Below, piece after piece: positions 38,398 to 47,393 of a stretch of DNA of 64,000 nucleotides. A program made the translations under genes and the position numbers. Numbering within the stretch: the first letter of the stretch is position 1; the number at the start of each line of letters is the position of its first letter. The notes below the pieces were generated by a model that made no database searches, was not told where the DNA came from, and worked only from the letters and a program-made list of their open reading frames with translations. The DNA is from Clostridia bacterium (GTDB lineage Bacteria; Bacillota; Clostridia; Monoglobales; Monoglobaceae). Location: positions 5,149-69,148 of the forward strand of contig JAZRQL010000053.1 of assembly GCA_045649725.1 (NCBI GenBank), written 5' to 3'.

Positions 38398-38515
38398 TGA
38401 ATAGTGAAGAATGAATAGTGAAGAGTTAAGGAACAAATGCTTTGCATTTGAAATAAAAGAAAATCGCTAATGCGATTTTCAACCACAATTATTCATCATT
38501 CATTATTAATTATTC
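38389..38515 (+). repeat. Copy D of the AT-rich palindromic intergenic repeat
   Basis: Longest left arm (AATGAATAGTGAATAGTGAAGAATGAATAGTGAAGAG). Hairpins at 38434-38450 and 38459-38480, and the same right arm as copies B and C. Confidence 0.85.
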
Positions 38516-38622
38516 TTTTTGTAGGGGGCATTCAGATTATACAGCCTTTAAAAAATAAAAGTCAAAAGTATATTAGTCTGCATAGTATAGTTAGTGAATA
38601 ATAGTAAAAGGATTGATAGAGT

Positions 38623-39768
38623 ATGGAAATATACCTTGATAACAGTTCGACAACAAAGCCTTATAAGGAAGTTTGCGATAAGGTAATTGAGGTAATGTAC
38701 GAAAATTACGGAAACCCCTCATCTCTTCACAGATTAGGGATTTCTGCCGAAAAGGAAATAAAAGCAGCAAGGAAAGATATTGCAGAAACACTCGGTGCTA
38801 TGCCTGAAGAAATTTTCTTCACATCAGGGGGAACAGAGGCAGACAACCTTGCTATTATGGGTGTGGCTTATGCCGCAAGAGGAAAGCATATATTAAGCAC
38901 ACCTATTGAACATCCGGCAGTTTTAAATACCCTTAAAAACCTTGAAGAAAACGGGTATACAGTTGAATATATTCCTGTTGATGAAGACGGGGTAGTTGTT
39001 CTTGCAGAATTTGAAGAAATGCTCCGAACAGACACAGTTTTGGTTACCTGTATGCTTGTTAACAACGAAATCGGCTCTGTTCAACCGATTTCCCAGATGT
39101 CAAGAATAATTAAAAGAAAGTCACCAAAATGCTATCTTCACGTTGATGCGGTTCAGGGATATTGCAAAGTGCCCTGTAACCAGAGAATGATGGGTGTTGA
39201 CTTAATCAGCATAAGCGGACACAAAATACACGGACCTAAAGGTATGGGTGCGCTGTATATTAAAAAGGGCACAAAGATTTCGCCTGTTGTTTTCGGGGGC
39301 GGTCAGCAAAACGGAATAAGACCGGGAACAGAAAATGTTCCGGGGATTGCAGGCCTTGGCCTTGCCGCAAAGATGTGCTATATGGGTATGGCAAAGAATG
39401 TTCCTGAAATGGACAGACTTAAAAATAAGCTTAAAGATGAGCTTTTAGCCAATATAGAAAATATAAGAATAAACAGCCCTGAAAAAGGAGCGCCACATAT
39501 TTTGAATGTTTCCTTTACAGGTGTGCGGTCAGAGGTTGTTTTACACTCCCTTGAAAATGAAGAAATTTATGTTTCAAGCGGTTCAGCCTGCTCAAGCCAT
39601 AAGGCAGAACCAAGTTATGTTTTAACAAGTATCGGTCTTGACCGAAAGGAAATAGACGGAAGCATAAGATTCAGCCTTTCGGAATTTACTACTGATGAGG
39701 AAGTTGATAAAGCAGTTTCAGTTTTAAAGGAGTTAATTCCAAGGCTTCGAAAATTAAATATGAGATAA
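38623..39768 (+). CDS. Cysteine desulfurase (NifS/IscS class V aminotransferase)
   Basis: PLP-Lys context SGHKIHGPKG and the catalytic Cys loop SSGSACSS. 381 aa, upstream of thiI. Confidence 0.93.
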   Translation: MEIYLDNSSTTKPYKEVCDKVIEVMYENYGNPSSLHRLGISAEKEIKAARKDIAETLGAMPEEIFFTSGGTEADNLAIMGVAYAARGKHILSTPIEHPAVLNTLKNLEENGYTVEYIPVDEDGVVVLAEFEEMLRTDTVLVTCMLVNNEIGSVQPISQMSRIIKRKSPKCYLHVDAVQGYCKVPCNQRMMGVDLISISGHKIHGPKGMGALYIKKGTKISPVVFGGGQQNGIRPGTENVPGIAGLGLAAKMCYMGMAKNVPEMDRLKNKLKDELLANIENIRINSPEKGAPHILNVSFTGVRSEVVLHSLENEEIYVSSGSACSSHKAEPSYVLTSIGLDRKEIDGSIRFSLSEFTTDEEVDKAVSVLKELIPRLRKLNMR

Positions 39769-39776
39769 ATCCAGGG

Positions 39777-39956
39777 GCTGTTTTGATAAGAATATCTTAT
39801 ATAATATGCAGGGTGCGACACAGCGCCCCTTGCCTAAAGGACGCTGATTGCCGGTAGCAATCGTTTAGCGCTGACCGGAGCGGACAGCGGAGACGAGGGT
39901 CACGTAGTGGCGAGGGGATTCAATGTTGTTCCGCGGGCGTACTTTATCAAAACAGC
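39777..39956 (+). other. GC-rich 180-nt insert closed by a perfect 13-bp inverted repeat (unassigned, structured RNA or MITE-like element)
   Basis: GCTGTTTTGATAA (39777-39789) pairs with TTATCAAAACAGC (39944-39956). The interior is about 62 percent G+C over 39811-39940 by hand count, with hairpins at 39823-39844 and 39846-39862. No ORF or RBS. Confidence 0.45.
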
Positions 39957-39984
39957 ACCTATATGGAAATAAAAGGAGATAAAA

Positions 39985-41157
39985 ATGAAAGCAGATATTA
40001 TTTTATTAAAGTATGGTGAAATTTCTTTAAAGGGTCTTAACAGACCTGTTTTTGAAAAAAAGCTTTTAAGCAATATATCAAGCGCTTTAGCGCCTCTTGG
40101 AAAGTTTTCTATAAGATGCTCACAGTCAACAATTTACGTTGAGCCAATGGAGGATGATATAGATATTGACTTAACTCTTGAAAGACTTTCAAAGGTTTTT
40201 GGTATAGTTAATATCTGCCCTGCAGTAAAGTGCGGAAAGACTATGGAAGAAATCGAAAAGGCTACTGTAGAGGCTCTTAATAGCCAGGACGTTTACGGAA
40301 AGACTTTTAAGGTTGAAGCAAAGCGAGAGGACAAGCAGTTCCCTATGAACTCTCCACAGATTTGTAAGCATATGGGTGGGGTAATCCTTAAAAACGTAAA
40401 GGGTCTTTCTGTTGATGTGCATAATCCTGATATTTTAGTGCAGATCGAAGTCCGAAAAGAAGCTTATATCTTTACTAAAAAGATTAAGGGTGCATCAGGT
40501 ATGCCGGTAGGCACAGCAGGAAAGGCAACATTGCTCTTAAGCGGTGGTATAGACAGCCCTGTTGCAGGCTGGATGATTTCAAAGAGAGGTGTTGTGTTAG
40601 AAGCAGTTCACTTCCACAGCCATCCTTATACATCAGACAGAGCAAAGGAAAAGGTAATTGATCTTGCGAAAATCATATCTGTTTATACAGGGGAAATTAA
40701 GCTTCATATTGTGCCTTTTACTGATATACAGTTAGACATTATAGATAAGTGCCCTAAAGAGTATCTTACAATCATAATGAGAAGAATTATGATGAGGATA
40801 GCAGAAAAGATATCTGTGGAAAACGGATGCCAGGCCCTTATTACAGGTGAGAGCATAGGTCAGGTTGCAAGCCAGACAATGGAAAGCCTTGCCTGCACAG
40901 ATAACGCAGTAGATATTCCTGTTTTCAGACCTTGCATCGGTATGGATAAAGAAGAAATCGTGACAATTTCCAAAAAGATAGAGTCTTACGAAACATCTAT
41001 CTTACCATATGAGGATTGTTGCACAATCTTTGTGCCAAAGCATCCTAAAACAAAACCATCAATTTCAGAAATTGAAGAGGCAGAAAAGGCTCTTACTGAT
41101 ATAGAAAGTATGATAGAAAAATCAATAGCTGAAAGAGAAATAATCTCTGTTAAGTAG
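39985..41157 (+). CDS. thiI: tRNA 4-thiouridine(8) synthase ThiI
   Basis: THUMP-type N-terminus and the PP-loop SGGIDSPVA. 390 aa with no rhodanese domain. Confidence 0.93.
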   Translation: MKADIILLKYGEISLKGLNRPVFEKKLLSNISSALAPLGKFSIRCSQSTIYVEPMEDDIDIDLTLERLSKVFGIVNICPAVKCGKTMEEIEKATVEALNSQDVYGKTFKVEAKREDKQFPMNSPQICKHMGGVILKNVKGLSVDVHNPDILVQIEVRKEAYIFTKKIKGASGMPVGTAGKATLLLSGGIDSPVAGWMISKRGVVLEAVHFHSHPYTSDRAKEKVIDLAKIISVYTGEIKLHIVPFTDIQLDIIDKCPKEYLTIIMRRIMMRIAEKISVENGCQALITGESIGQVASQTMESLACTDNAVDIPVFRPCIGMDKEEIVTISKKIESYETSILPYEDCCTIFVPKHPKTKPSISEIEEAEKALTDIESMIEKSIAEREIISVK

Positions 41158-41711
41158 TGGTGAAAAGTGTGAATAAAGTTTATATTTCGGAAATAGAGGG
41201 TGAAGAAAAGAGCCTTGTCAAAAAGCTGCTTGATGAAAACAAGACTATAACCTTTGCAGAAAGTTGTACAGGTGGCCTTCTTTCAAAAAAGATTACCGAT
41301 ATATCAGGGGCGTCATCCTGCTTTGAGTGTGGCTTTGTTACCTACTCAAATGAGAAAAAGGAAAAGCTTTTAGGCGTAAGCCACGATACCCTGATAAAAT
41401 ATGGTGCAGTATCATATCAGACAGCATATGAAATGTGTAAGGGTGCAAAAGAGGTAGCTGACGCAGATATTGCCATAAGCGTAACAGGAATAGCAGGGCC
41501 AACAGGGGGAACGCCTGAAAAACCCGTTGGGCTTGTGTATGTTGGAGTTTGCACTGATAATATTCATGGTGTGGTAAAGCTTAACCTTTCAGGCACACGT
41601 GAAGAAGTAAGGGAAAAGACTTCTTTATGCGCCTTTAATCTTGCCCTTATGGCCCTTGAGGATAATCACTGTCCTGAATATGGGGCACTTCTTGATATAG
41701 AATATGTATAG
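41157..41711 (+). CDS. CinA-family nicotinamide-nucleotide amidohydrolase domain protein (PncC-type, C-terminal CinA domain only)
   Basis: AESCTGG motif and GIAGPTGG motif. Position directly upstream of recA. GTG start overlaps the thiI stop. Confidence 0.85.
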   Translation: MVKSVNKVYISEIEGEEKSLVKKLLDENKTITFAESCTGGLLSKKITDISGASSCFECGFVTYSNEKKEKLLGVSHDTLIKYGAVSYQTAYEMCKGAKEVADADIAISVTGIAGPTGGTPEKPVGLVYVGVCTDNIHGVVKLNLSGTREEVREKTSLCAFNLALMALEDNHCPEYGALLDIEYV

Positions 41712-41725
41712 CCTCAATAAAATTC

Positions 41726-41754
41726 TTGACACAGAGATTTTGCTAAATTATAAT
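41726..41754 (+). promoter_or_regulatory. SigA-type promoter upstream of recA
   Basis: TTGACA (41726-41731), a 17-nt spacer, then TATAAT (41749-41754), a perfect consensus. An 8-bp inverted repeat, TGCTAAAT/ATTTAGCA (41741-41765), straddles the -10 box. Confidence 0.65.
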
Positions 41755-41809
41755 ATTATTTAGCAGGAAAAGAGGACATAAAAAGAGAGAAGAAAGGAAG
41801 TTATATAGA

Positions 41810-42868
41810 ATGAATGAAGAAAAGAAAAAGGCACTTGAAAGTGTCTTTGGACAGATAGAAAAACAGTACGGAAAAGGTTCGGTTATGCGACTTGGTGATA
41901 AATCTGATATTGAGGTTGAGGCTGTACCTACAGGATCCCTTGCCCTTGATATTGCTTTGGGTATAGGTGGTATCCCAAGAGGCAGAATTGTGGAGATTTA
42001 CGGACCTGAATCATCAGGTAAGACAACTGTTGCGCTTCACGTTGTAGCAGAGGTTCAGAAGCTTGGCGGTGAGGCGGCATTTATTGATGCAGAGCATGCC
42101 CTTGACCCTGTTTATGCTAAAAATTTAGGTGTAAATATTGATGACCTTATTGTGTCACAGCCAGACACAGGTGAACAGGCTTTGGAAATTACTGAACAGT
42201 TAGTCAGAAGCGGTGCTATTGACATTGTTGTAGTTGACTCTGTTGCAGCACTCACTCCAAAGCAGGAGATAGAGGGTCTTATGGGTGATTCACATATCGG
42301 CCTTCAGGCAAGACTTATGTCACAGGCTCTTCGTAAGCTCGCTAGTGTAATTAGCCGTTCAAACACAATAGCTATTTTTATAAATCAGCTTCGTGAAAAG
42401 GTTGGGGTTATGTTTGGCAACCCTGAAACAACACCTGGCGGTAATGCTCTTAAGTTCTATTCTTCAGTAAGACTTGATGTTCGCCGTTCAGAAACTATCA
42501 AGACAGATGATGGTATTGCAGGTAACAGAACAAGAGTTAAGGTTGTTAAGAATAAGGTATCAGCGCCGTTTAAGAATGCAGAATTTGATATTATCTACGG
42601 AAAGGGTATTTCAAAGGTGGGTAATATTTTAGACCTTGGTGTTGAATATGATATTATCGAAAAGAGTGGTTCATGGTTCTCCTATGATGGAAGCAGATTA
42701 GGTCAGGGAAGAGAAAGCGCTAAAAAGGTTTTAGAGGATAATCCTGAACTCTGTAACGAAATCGAAGCAAAAATCCGCGAAGCAGCTGACCTTCCTGCTA
42801 TGAAGGTTGAAGAGGGAGATGCAGAAACTCCTTTCACACCTGTTGAAAAGCCTGCTAAGAAGAAATAA
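41810..42868 (+). CDS. recA: Recombinase RecA
   Basis: Walker [10 protein letters not shown], Walker [11 protein letters not shown], and L1/L2 loop regions. 352 aa. Confidence 0.98.
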   Translation: MNEEKKKALESVFGQIEKQYGKGSVMRLGDKSDIEVEAVPTGSLALDIALGIGGIPRGRIVEIYGPESSGKTTVALHVVAEVQKLGGEAAFIDAEHALDPVYAKNLGVNIDDLIVSQPDTGEQALEITEQLVRSGAIDIVVVDSVAALTPKQEIEGLMGDSHIGLQARLMSQALRKLASVISRSNTIAIFINQLREKVGVMFGNPETTPGGNALKFYSSVRLDVRRSETIKTDDGIAGNRTRVKVVKNKVSAPFKNAEFDIIYGKGISKVGNILDLGVEYDIIEKSGSWFSYDGSRLGQGRESAKKVLEDNPELCNEIEAKIREAADLPAMKVEEGDAETPFTPVEKPAKKK

Positions 42869-43335
42869 TGGATGATTTTGAAAGAGCTTTAAAGGTTGCG
42901 GCTACATATGTAGGGGCGAGAATGCTTACCTGCAAGGAGCTTTATGACAGACTTATCCGCAAAAAGTTTGATAAAAACATTGCAGAAAGAGTTGTCACAG
43001 AATATGTTGCCGCAGGAATACTTGACGACAGAGAATATGCAAAGCTTTATGTTTCAGAGGCGGTACGCATATCGGGAAAGGGAATGTACAGAATAAAGCA
43101 GGAGCTTTTCAAAAAAGGCATTGCAGGAAGCATAATAGATGATGTTATGAAAGATAGCGATGAAGACACATATAAAGCCCTTTTTGAGTATGTAGAGAGC
43201 CACAGGCTTTTAGAAAACATTGCCTCAAGAAAAGAACTTGAAAAGGTTCAGGCAAGGCTTATAAGAAGAGGCTTTTCCCTGTCAGAAATAAAAAAATGCG
43301 TAGAAGAATTCAATGTTAAATTTGAGGAAGAATAA
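42868..43335 (+). CDS. recX: Regulatory protein RecX
   Basis: 155 aa helical-repeat protein, translationally coupled (TAATG) to recA. Confidence 0.85.
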   Translation: MDDFERALKVAATYVGARMLTCKELYDRLIRKKFDKNIAERVVTEYVAAGILDDREYAKLYVSEAVRISGKGMYRIKQELFKKGIAGSIIDDVMKDSDEDTYKALFEYVESHRLLENIASRKELEKVQARLIRRGFSLSEIKKCVEEFNVKFEEE

Positions 43336-43362
43336 GTAAATTTTCAGAATGGAAGATGCAAA

Positions 43363-44694
43363 GTGCTTAAAAAGTTTTCGCTTACCTCTTTAGGTTGCTC
43401 TAAAAACCTTGTTGATGCAGAAGAAATGCTTGGCATTTTGGAAAGCAAAGGCTATGAGCAGACAGTAGATGAAGAAGAGGCAGATGTAATTATAGTAAAC
43501 ACATGTACCTTTATAGAAAGTGCAAAGCTTGAGTCTATCGAGTGCATTATAGAGCTTGCCGAAAACAAAAAGAGCGGCAACTGCAAGGCGCTTATAGTAA
43601 CAGGATGTATGGCGCAAAGGTATAAGGAGCAGATTTTAGAGGAGATACCTGAAGTTGATGCAGTTATCGGCGTAAATGAATATGAAAAAATCGTTGATAT
43701 AATTGAAGAGCTTGATGGTGGAGAGGATAATATTATCCGTTGCAGTGAGATGCTTTCGGATATAGAAAAGCCTTTCCGTATAAGAACAACTCCATCCTAT
43801 ACTGCATATCTTAAAATTGCCGAGGGTTGCGACAATCGTTGTACATATTGCGTTATCCCGTCTATCAGAGGAAAGTACCGTAGCAGAAAGCTTGAAAACA
43901 TAATAGAAGATGCAAAGGCTATGGTTAAAGACGGAGTTCGCGAAATAGTTGTTATTGCCCAGGATACAACAAGATATGGCTATGATATTTATGGTGAATA
44001 TAAGCTTCCTGAATTATTAAAGGAGCTTTGCCATATAGATAATGTAGAATGGGTAAGAGTTCATTACTGCTATCCTGAACTTATAACAGATGAATTAATA
44101 GAAGTCTTTAAAACAGAGGATAAGCTTTGTAACTATTTTGATATCCCTGTTCAGCATTCAAGCGACAAAATTTTAAAGCTTATGAACAGACGCACCAAGA
44201 GGGAGGATATCATAAACGTTATAAACAAGATAAGAGAAAACGTTCCTGATGCGGTTATCAGAACATCTTTAATAGTGGGCTTTCCCGGGGAAACAGAAGA
44301 GGATTTTGCAGACCTTTGCGATTTCGTTAAGGAAGTTAAGTTCGAAAGACTTGGGGTCTTTACTTATTCAAGGGAAGAAGATACACCTGCATATAAGCTT
44401 AAAGATCAGGTTGATGAAGAAGAAAAAACTTATCGCTATGATGCGATTATGCTTATTCAGTCAGAAATTTCCGAAGCACAGAATAATTCAAAAATCGGAA
44501 GCTATGTAAAGGTTTTAGTTGAGGGAAAAGACGAAATTATTAAAAGCTTTTACGGAAGAACTTATGCAGACTCCGAGGAAATTGACGGTAAGGTCTTCTT
44601 TAAGTCAGACAGAGACTTAAAAGAGGGCGACTTTGCAGAAGTTTATGTAGAACAGGCTATGGAATATGATCTATTCGGAACAGAGAAAAAATAA
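43363..44694 (+). CDS. rimO: Ribosomal protein S12 methylthiotransferase RimO
   Basis: UPF0004 N-terminal Cys triad (LGCSKN ... NTCTF ... TGCM), radical SAM cluster CDNRCTYCVIP, and a C-terminal TRAM domain. GTG start. Confidence 0.9.
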   Translation: MLKKFSLTSLGCSKNLVDAEEMLGILESKGYEQTVDEEEADVIIVNTCTFIESAKLESIECIIELAENKKSGNCKALIVTGCMAQRYKEQILEEIPEVDAVIGVNEYEKIVDIIEELDGGEDNIIRCSEMLSDIEKPFRIRTTPSYTAYLKIAEGCDNRCTYCVIPSIRGKYRSRKLENIIEDAKAMVKDGVREIVVIAQDTTRYGYDIYGEYKLPELLKELCHIDNVEWVRVHYCYPELITDELIEVFKTEDKLCNYFDIPVQHSSDKILKLMNRRTKREDIINVINKIRENVPDAVIRTSLIVGFPGETEEDFADLCDFVKEVKFERLGVFTYSREEDTPAYKLKDQVDEEEKTYRYDAIMLIQSEISEAQNNSKIGSYVKVLVEGKDEIIKSFYGRTYADSEEIDGKVFFKSDRDLKEGDFAEVYVEQAMEYDLFGTEKK

Positions 44695-44715
44695 TAGAAA
44701 TAAGAGGAAAGTTAT

Positions 44716-45279
44716 ATGAATACACCTAACAAGCTTACTCTTTTCAGAGTTATATTGATACCTATATATATGTTTTTTTACTTGTATAATGCAACATGGG
44801 CATCTATTGTGGCGCTTTTCGTATTTGTTCTTGCAAGCTGGACAGACAGATTAGATGGTCACCTTGCGAGAAAGTATAATCAGGTAACCACCTTCGGAAA
44901 GCTGATGGACCCTCTTGCAGATAAGATACTTATTATGTCTGCTTTTATCTGCTTTGTGGAAAAGGGAATTCCATATGTTAATTCGGCGGTTGTAATGATT
45001 ATTCTTGCAAGAGAATTGATTGTTACAGGAATAAGACTTATTGCTATGGGTGAAAACGCAGTTATTGCGGCAAGCATATGGGGTAAGGCAAAAACAGTTT
45101 CCCAGTTTGTTTTATGTATCGCGGTTATGGTATTTGAAATTGCTGATACACTTATTTTTGGCTATACATTTGTTTTTGATATAGCAACTTTTGTTTTAGT
45201 TGTTGTTGCAACTGCACTTACTGTTATTTCAGGAATAGATTACATATGGAAGAGCAGAAAGTATATTACTTTTAAGTAA
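44716..45279 (+). CDS. pgsA: CDP-diacylglycerol--glycerol-3-phosphate 3-phosphatidyltransferase
   Basis: CDP-alcohol phosphotransferase motif DRLDGHLARK...G...DPLADK. Confidence 0.93.
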   Translation: MNTPNKLTLFRVILIPIYMFFYLYNATWASIVALFVFVLASWTDRLDGHLARKYNQVTTFGKLMDPLADKILIMSAFICFVEKGIPYVNSAVVMIILARELIVTGIRLIAMGENAVIAASIWGKAKTVSQFVLCIAVMVFEIADTLIFGYTFVFDIATFVLVVVATALTVISGIDYIWKSRKYITFK

Positions 45280-45290
45280 AGGGTGAGAAT

Positions 45291-46316
45291 ATGAAGATTA
45301 TAGTTGATGCTATGGGCGGCGATAACGCACCTTTTGAGATAATTAAAGGTTGTGTTGAGGCTTGCGATAAGTATGATGTAGACATTGTCCTTGTAGGTAA
45401 GGAAGATGTTGTTAAAGAAGAACTTATTAAGTGTGGCTACAAAGGAAGCAGAATCCAGATAGTTAATGCTACCGAGGTTATTGAGGGCGAGGATAACCCA
45501 ATAGAAGCTATAAGAAGAAAGAAGGATTCTTCTATGAGGGTTGGCCTTTCTCTTGTGGCAAAGGGTGAGGGTGATGCCTTTGTTAGTGCAGGTAACACAG
45601 GGGCTTTAATTTCAGGAGCAACACTTGTTGTTAAAAGAATAAAGGGTATTCGTCGTGCGGCGCTTGCTCCGGTTGCACCAAGCATTAAAGGAAACTATTT
45701 AATAATAGATTCAGGTGCGAATGCAGAATGTACTGCCGCATTTTTAAGACAGTTTGCTATTATGGGTTCTGTTTATATGCAGAAGTTTATGAATATGGAA
45801 AACCCAAGAGTAGCCCTTTTAAATATTGGTACAGAAGAAGAAAAGGGAACTGATGCTATCCGCGAGGCAAACAAGCTTTTAAAGGAGCTTCCTATAAACT
45901 ATACAGGATATATAGAAGCAAGAGAAGTACCTTTGGGCGGAGCCGATGTTGTTGTTTGCGATGGCTTTAGCGGAAACGTTATGCTTAAAACAATAGAGGG
46001 AACAGCAAGCGCATTTGGTAAGATGCTTAAGGGTGTGTTCTATAAAAACTTCTTCAGCAAGCTTGCGGCTTTAATCGTAAAGGGTGGTATAACTGAAATG
46101 AAGAAGAGCATGGATTATAAGGAGCACGGTGGTGCACCTGTTCTCGGTGTTAAAGCGCCTGTAATCAAGGCTCACGGAAGTTCAGATGCAAAGGCTTTTT
46201 CGAGCGCTATAAGACAGGCAGTAAAGCTTGTGAATTGCGGACTTGTTGAGAATATTACTCAGGGAATAGAGGAATACTGCAAGGAAGAGGAAGAAGAAAT
46301 TGCACCTGTAGTATAA
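45291..46316 (+). CDS. plsX: Phosphate acyltransferase PlsX
   Basis: N-terminus IIVDAMGGDNAP, 341 aa, plsX-acpP synteny. Confidence 0.95.
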   Translation: MKIIVDAMGGDNAPFEIIKGCVEACDKYDVDIVLVGKEDVVKEELIKCGYKGSRIQIVNATEVIEGEDNPIEAIRRKKDSSMRVGLSLVAKGEGDAFVSAGNTGALISGATLVVKRIKGIRRAALAPVAPSIKGNYLIIDSGANAECTAAFLRQFAIMGSVYMQKFMNMENPRVALLNIGTEEEKGTDAIREANKLLKELPINYTGYIEAREVPLGGADVVVCDGFSGNVMLKTIEGTASAFGKMLKGVFYKNFFSKLAALIVKGGITEMKKSMDYKEHGGAPVLGVKAPVIKAHGSSDAKAFSSAIRQAVKLVNCGLVENITQGIEEYCKEEEEEIAPVV

Positions 46317-46333
46317 AATTTTAGTAAAAAATA

Positions 46334-46362
46334 TTGACGAACAGGCATACATATGATATATT
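46334..46362 (+). promoter_or_regulatory. Candidate SigA-type promoter upstream of acpP
   Basis: TTGACG (46334-46339), a 17-nt spacer, then TATATT (46357-46362). Confidence 0.5.
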
Positions 46363-46404
46363 GTTAAAAAGAAAAATTAAGTCAAACGGGAGGTTACATA
46401 ATTT

Positions 46405-46638
46405 ATGAACGAAATTTTTGAACAGATTAAGAGTATTACAGCGGAACAGCTTGATATTGAAGAGGATGAAATAACTCTTGATACTTCATTTGTTGATGAT
46501 TTAGATGCAGACTCTCTTGACATTGTTGAGCTTATGATGACTTTGGAAGAAGAGTTTGATTTAGAAATTTCAGAAGAAGATGCTGAAAAAATTGTTACTG
46601 TTGGAGATGCAGTTGCATACATTAACGAAAGACAGTAG
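46405..46638 (+). CDS. acpP: Acyl carrier protein
   Basis: 77 aa, acidic, with the phosphopantetheine attachment motif DLDADSLD. Confidence 0.95.
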   Translation: MNEIFEQIKSITAEQLDIEEDEITLDTSFVDDLDADSLDIVELMMTLEEEFDLEISEEDAEKIVTVGDAVAYINERQ

Positions 46639-46727
46639 TTTATAAGTGCTTACGATAAAATCACTCCAAAATATGTGTTCCTGTGCGATGCATATTTTCG
46701 GGTGTTTTTAATTTAAGGGGAAAAGAT

Positions 46728-47393
46728 ATGAACATCGGATATGAATTTAAAAATGAGAGCCTTTTAAAGCTTGCCCTTACACATACATCTTATGCAAACG
46801 AAAAGGGAACAGAAAGCAACCAGAGACTTGAGTTTTTAGGAGACAGCATTTTATCATTTGTCATAGCAGAATATATATATGAAAATTTCAAGGAGTATGA
46901 CGAAGGCAAACTTACAGAAATGCGAGCAAGCGTTGTTTGTGAAAGATCCCTTGCTAAAGCGGCAGAGGAAATGAAGCTTGACGAAGGCATAATCTTTGGC
47001 AGGTCAGAAGCAGGGAATAAACCTGTAAGACCGTCTATCCTCTGCGATACATATGAGTCGGTTCTTGGAGCTATCTACTTAGACAGCGATATAGAAACAG
47101 TGAGAAAATGGATTTTAGACAGACTCATTGACGATATTATGGCGGCGAGTCGAAAGGGTTTTAAAAATTATAAGTCAGAAATTCAAAGCTTTTTCCAGAA
47201 ACGCGACAAGGGCAGAGAAGTTGTTGAATATGAGATGATAGAAAGAAAAGGCCCTGACCATAACCCAAGCTTTAAGGTTAAAGCTATGTATAAGGGCGAG
47301 GAAATCGGAACAGGGGTAGGCAGTTCAAGAAAAGCGGCAGAGCAGGAGGCGGCAAAAGAAGCCTACTATAAATTTGTAGAATATGATAAATAA
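46728..47393 (+). CDS. rnc: Ribonuclease III
   Basis: Signature ERLEFLGDS-type motif (QRLEFLGDSIL) and a C-terminal dsRBD (GSSRKAAEQEAAKEA). Start set at 46728 behind an AAGGGGA RBS. Confidence 0.93.
   Translation: MNIGYEFKNESLLKLALTHTSYANEKGTESNQRLEFLGDSILSFVIAEYIYENFKEYDEGKLTEMRASVVCERSLAKAAEEMKLDEGIIFGRSEAGNKPVRPSILCDTYESVLGAIYLDSDIETVRKWILDRLIDDIMAASRKGFKNYKSEIQSFFQKRDKGREVVEYEMIERKGPDHNPSFKVKAMYKGEEIGTGVGSSRKAAEQEAAKEAYYKFVEYDK

Noticed and set aside
39777-39956. Tested the thiI-upstream element as 6S RNA, a T-box, or a TPP or SAM-I riboswitch.
   Set aside because: Beyond the 13-bp closing helix the 5' and 3' halves do not pair as a 6S-type rod. I could not find the T-box sequence or specifier features, the TPP CUGAGA/ACCUGAUCUGGAUAAUGCCAGCG cores, or the SAM-I conserved junction motifs.
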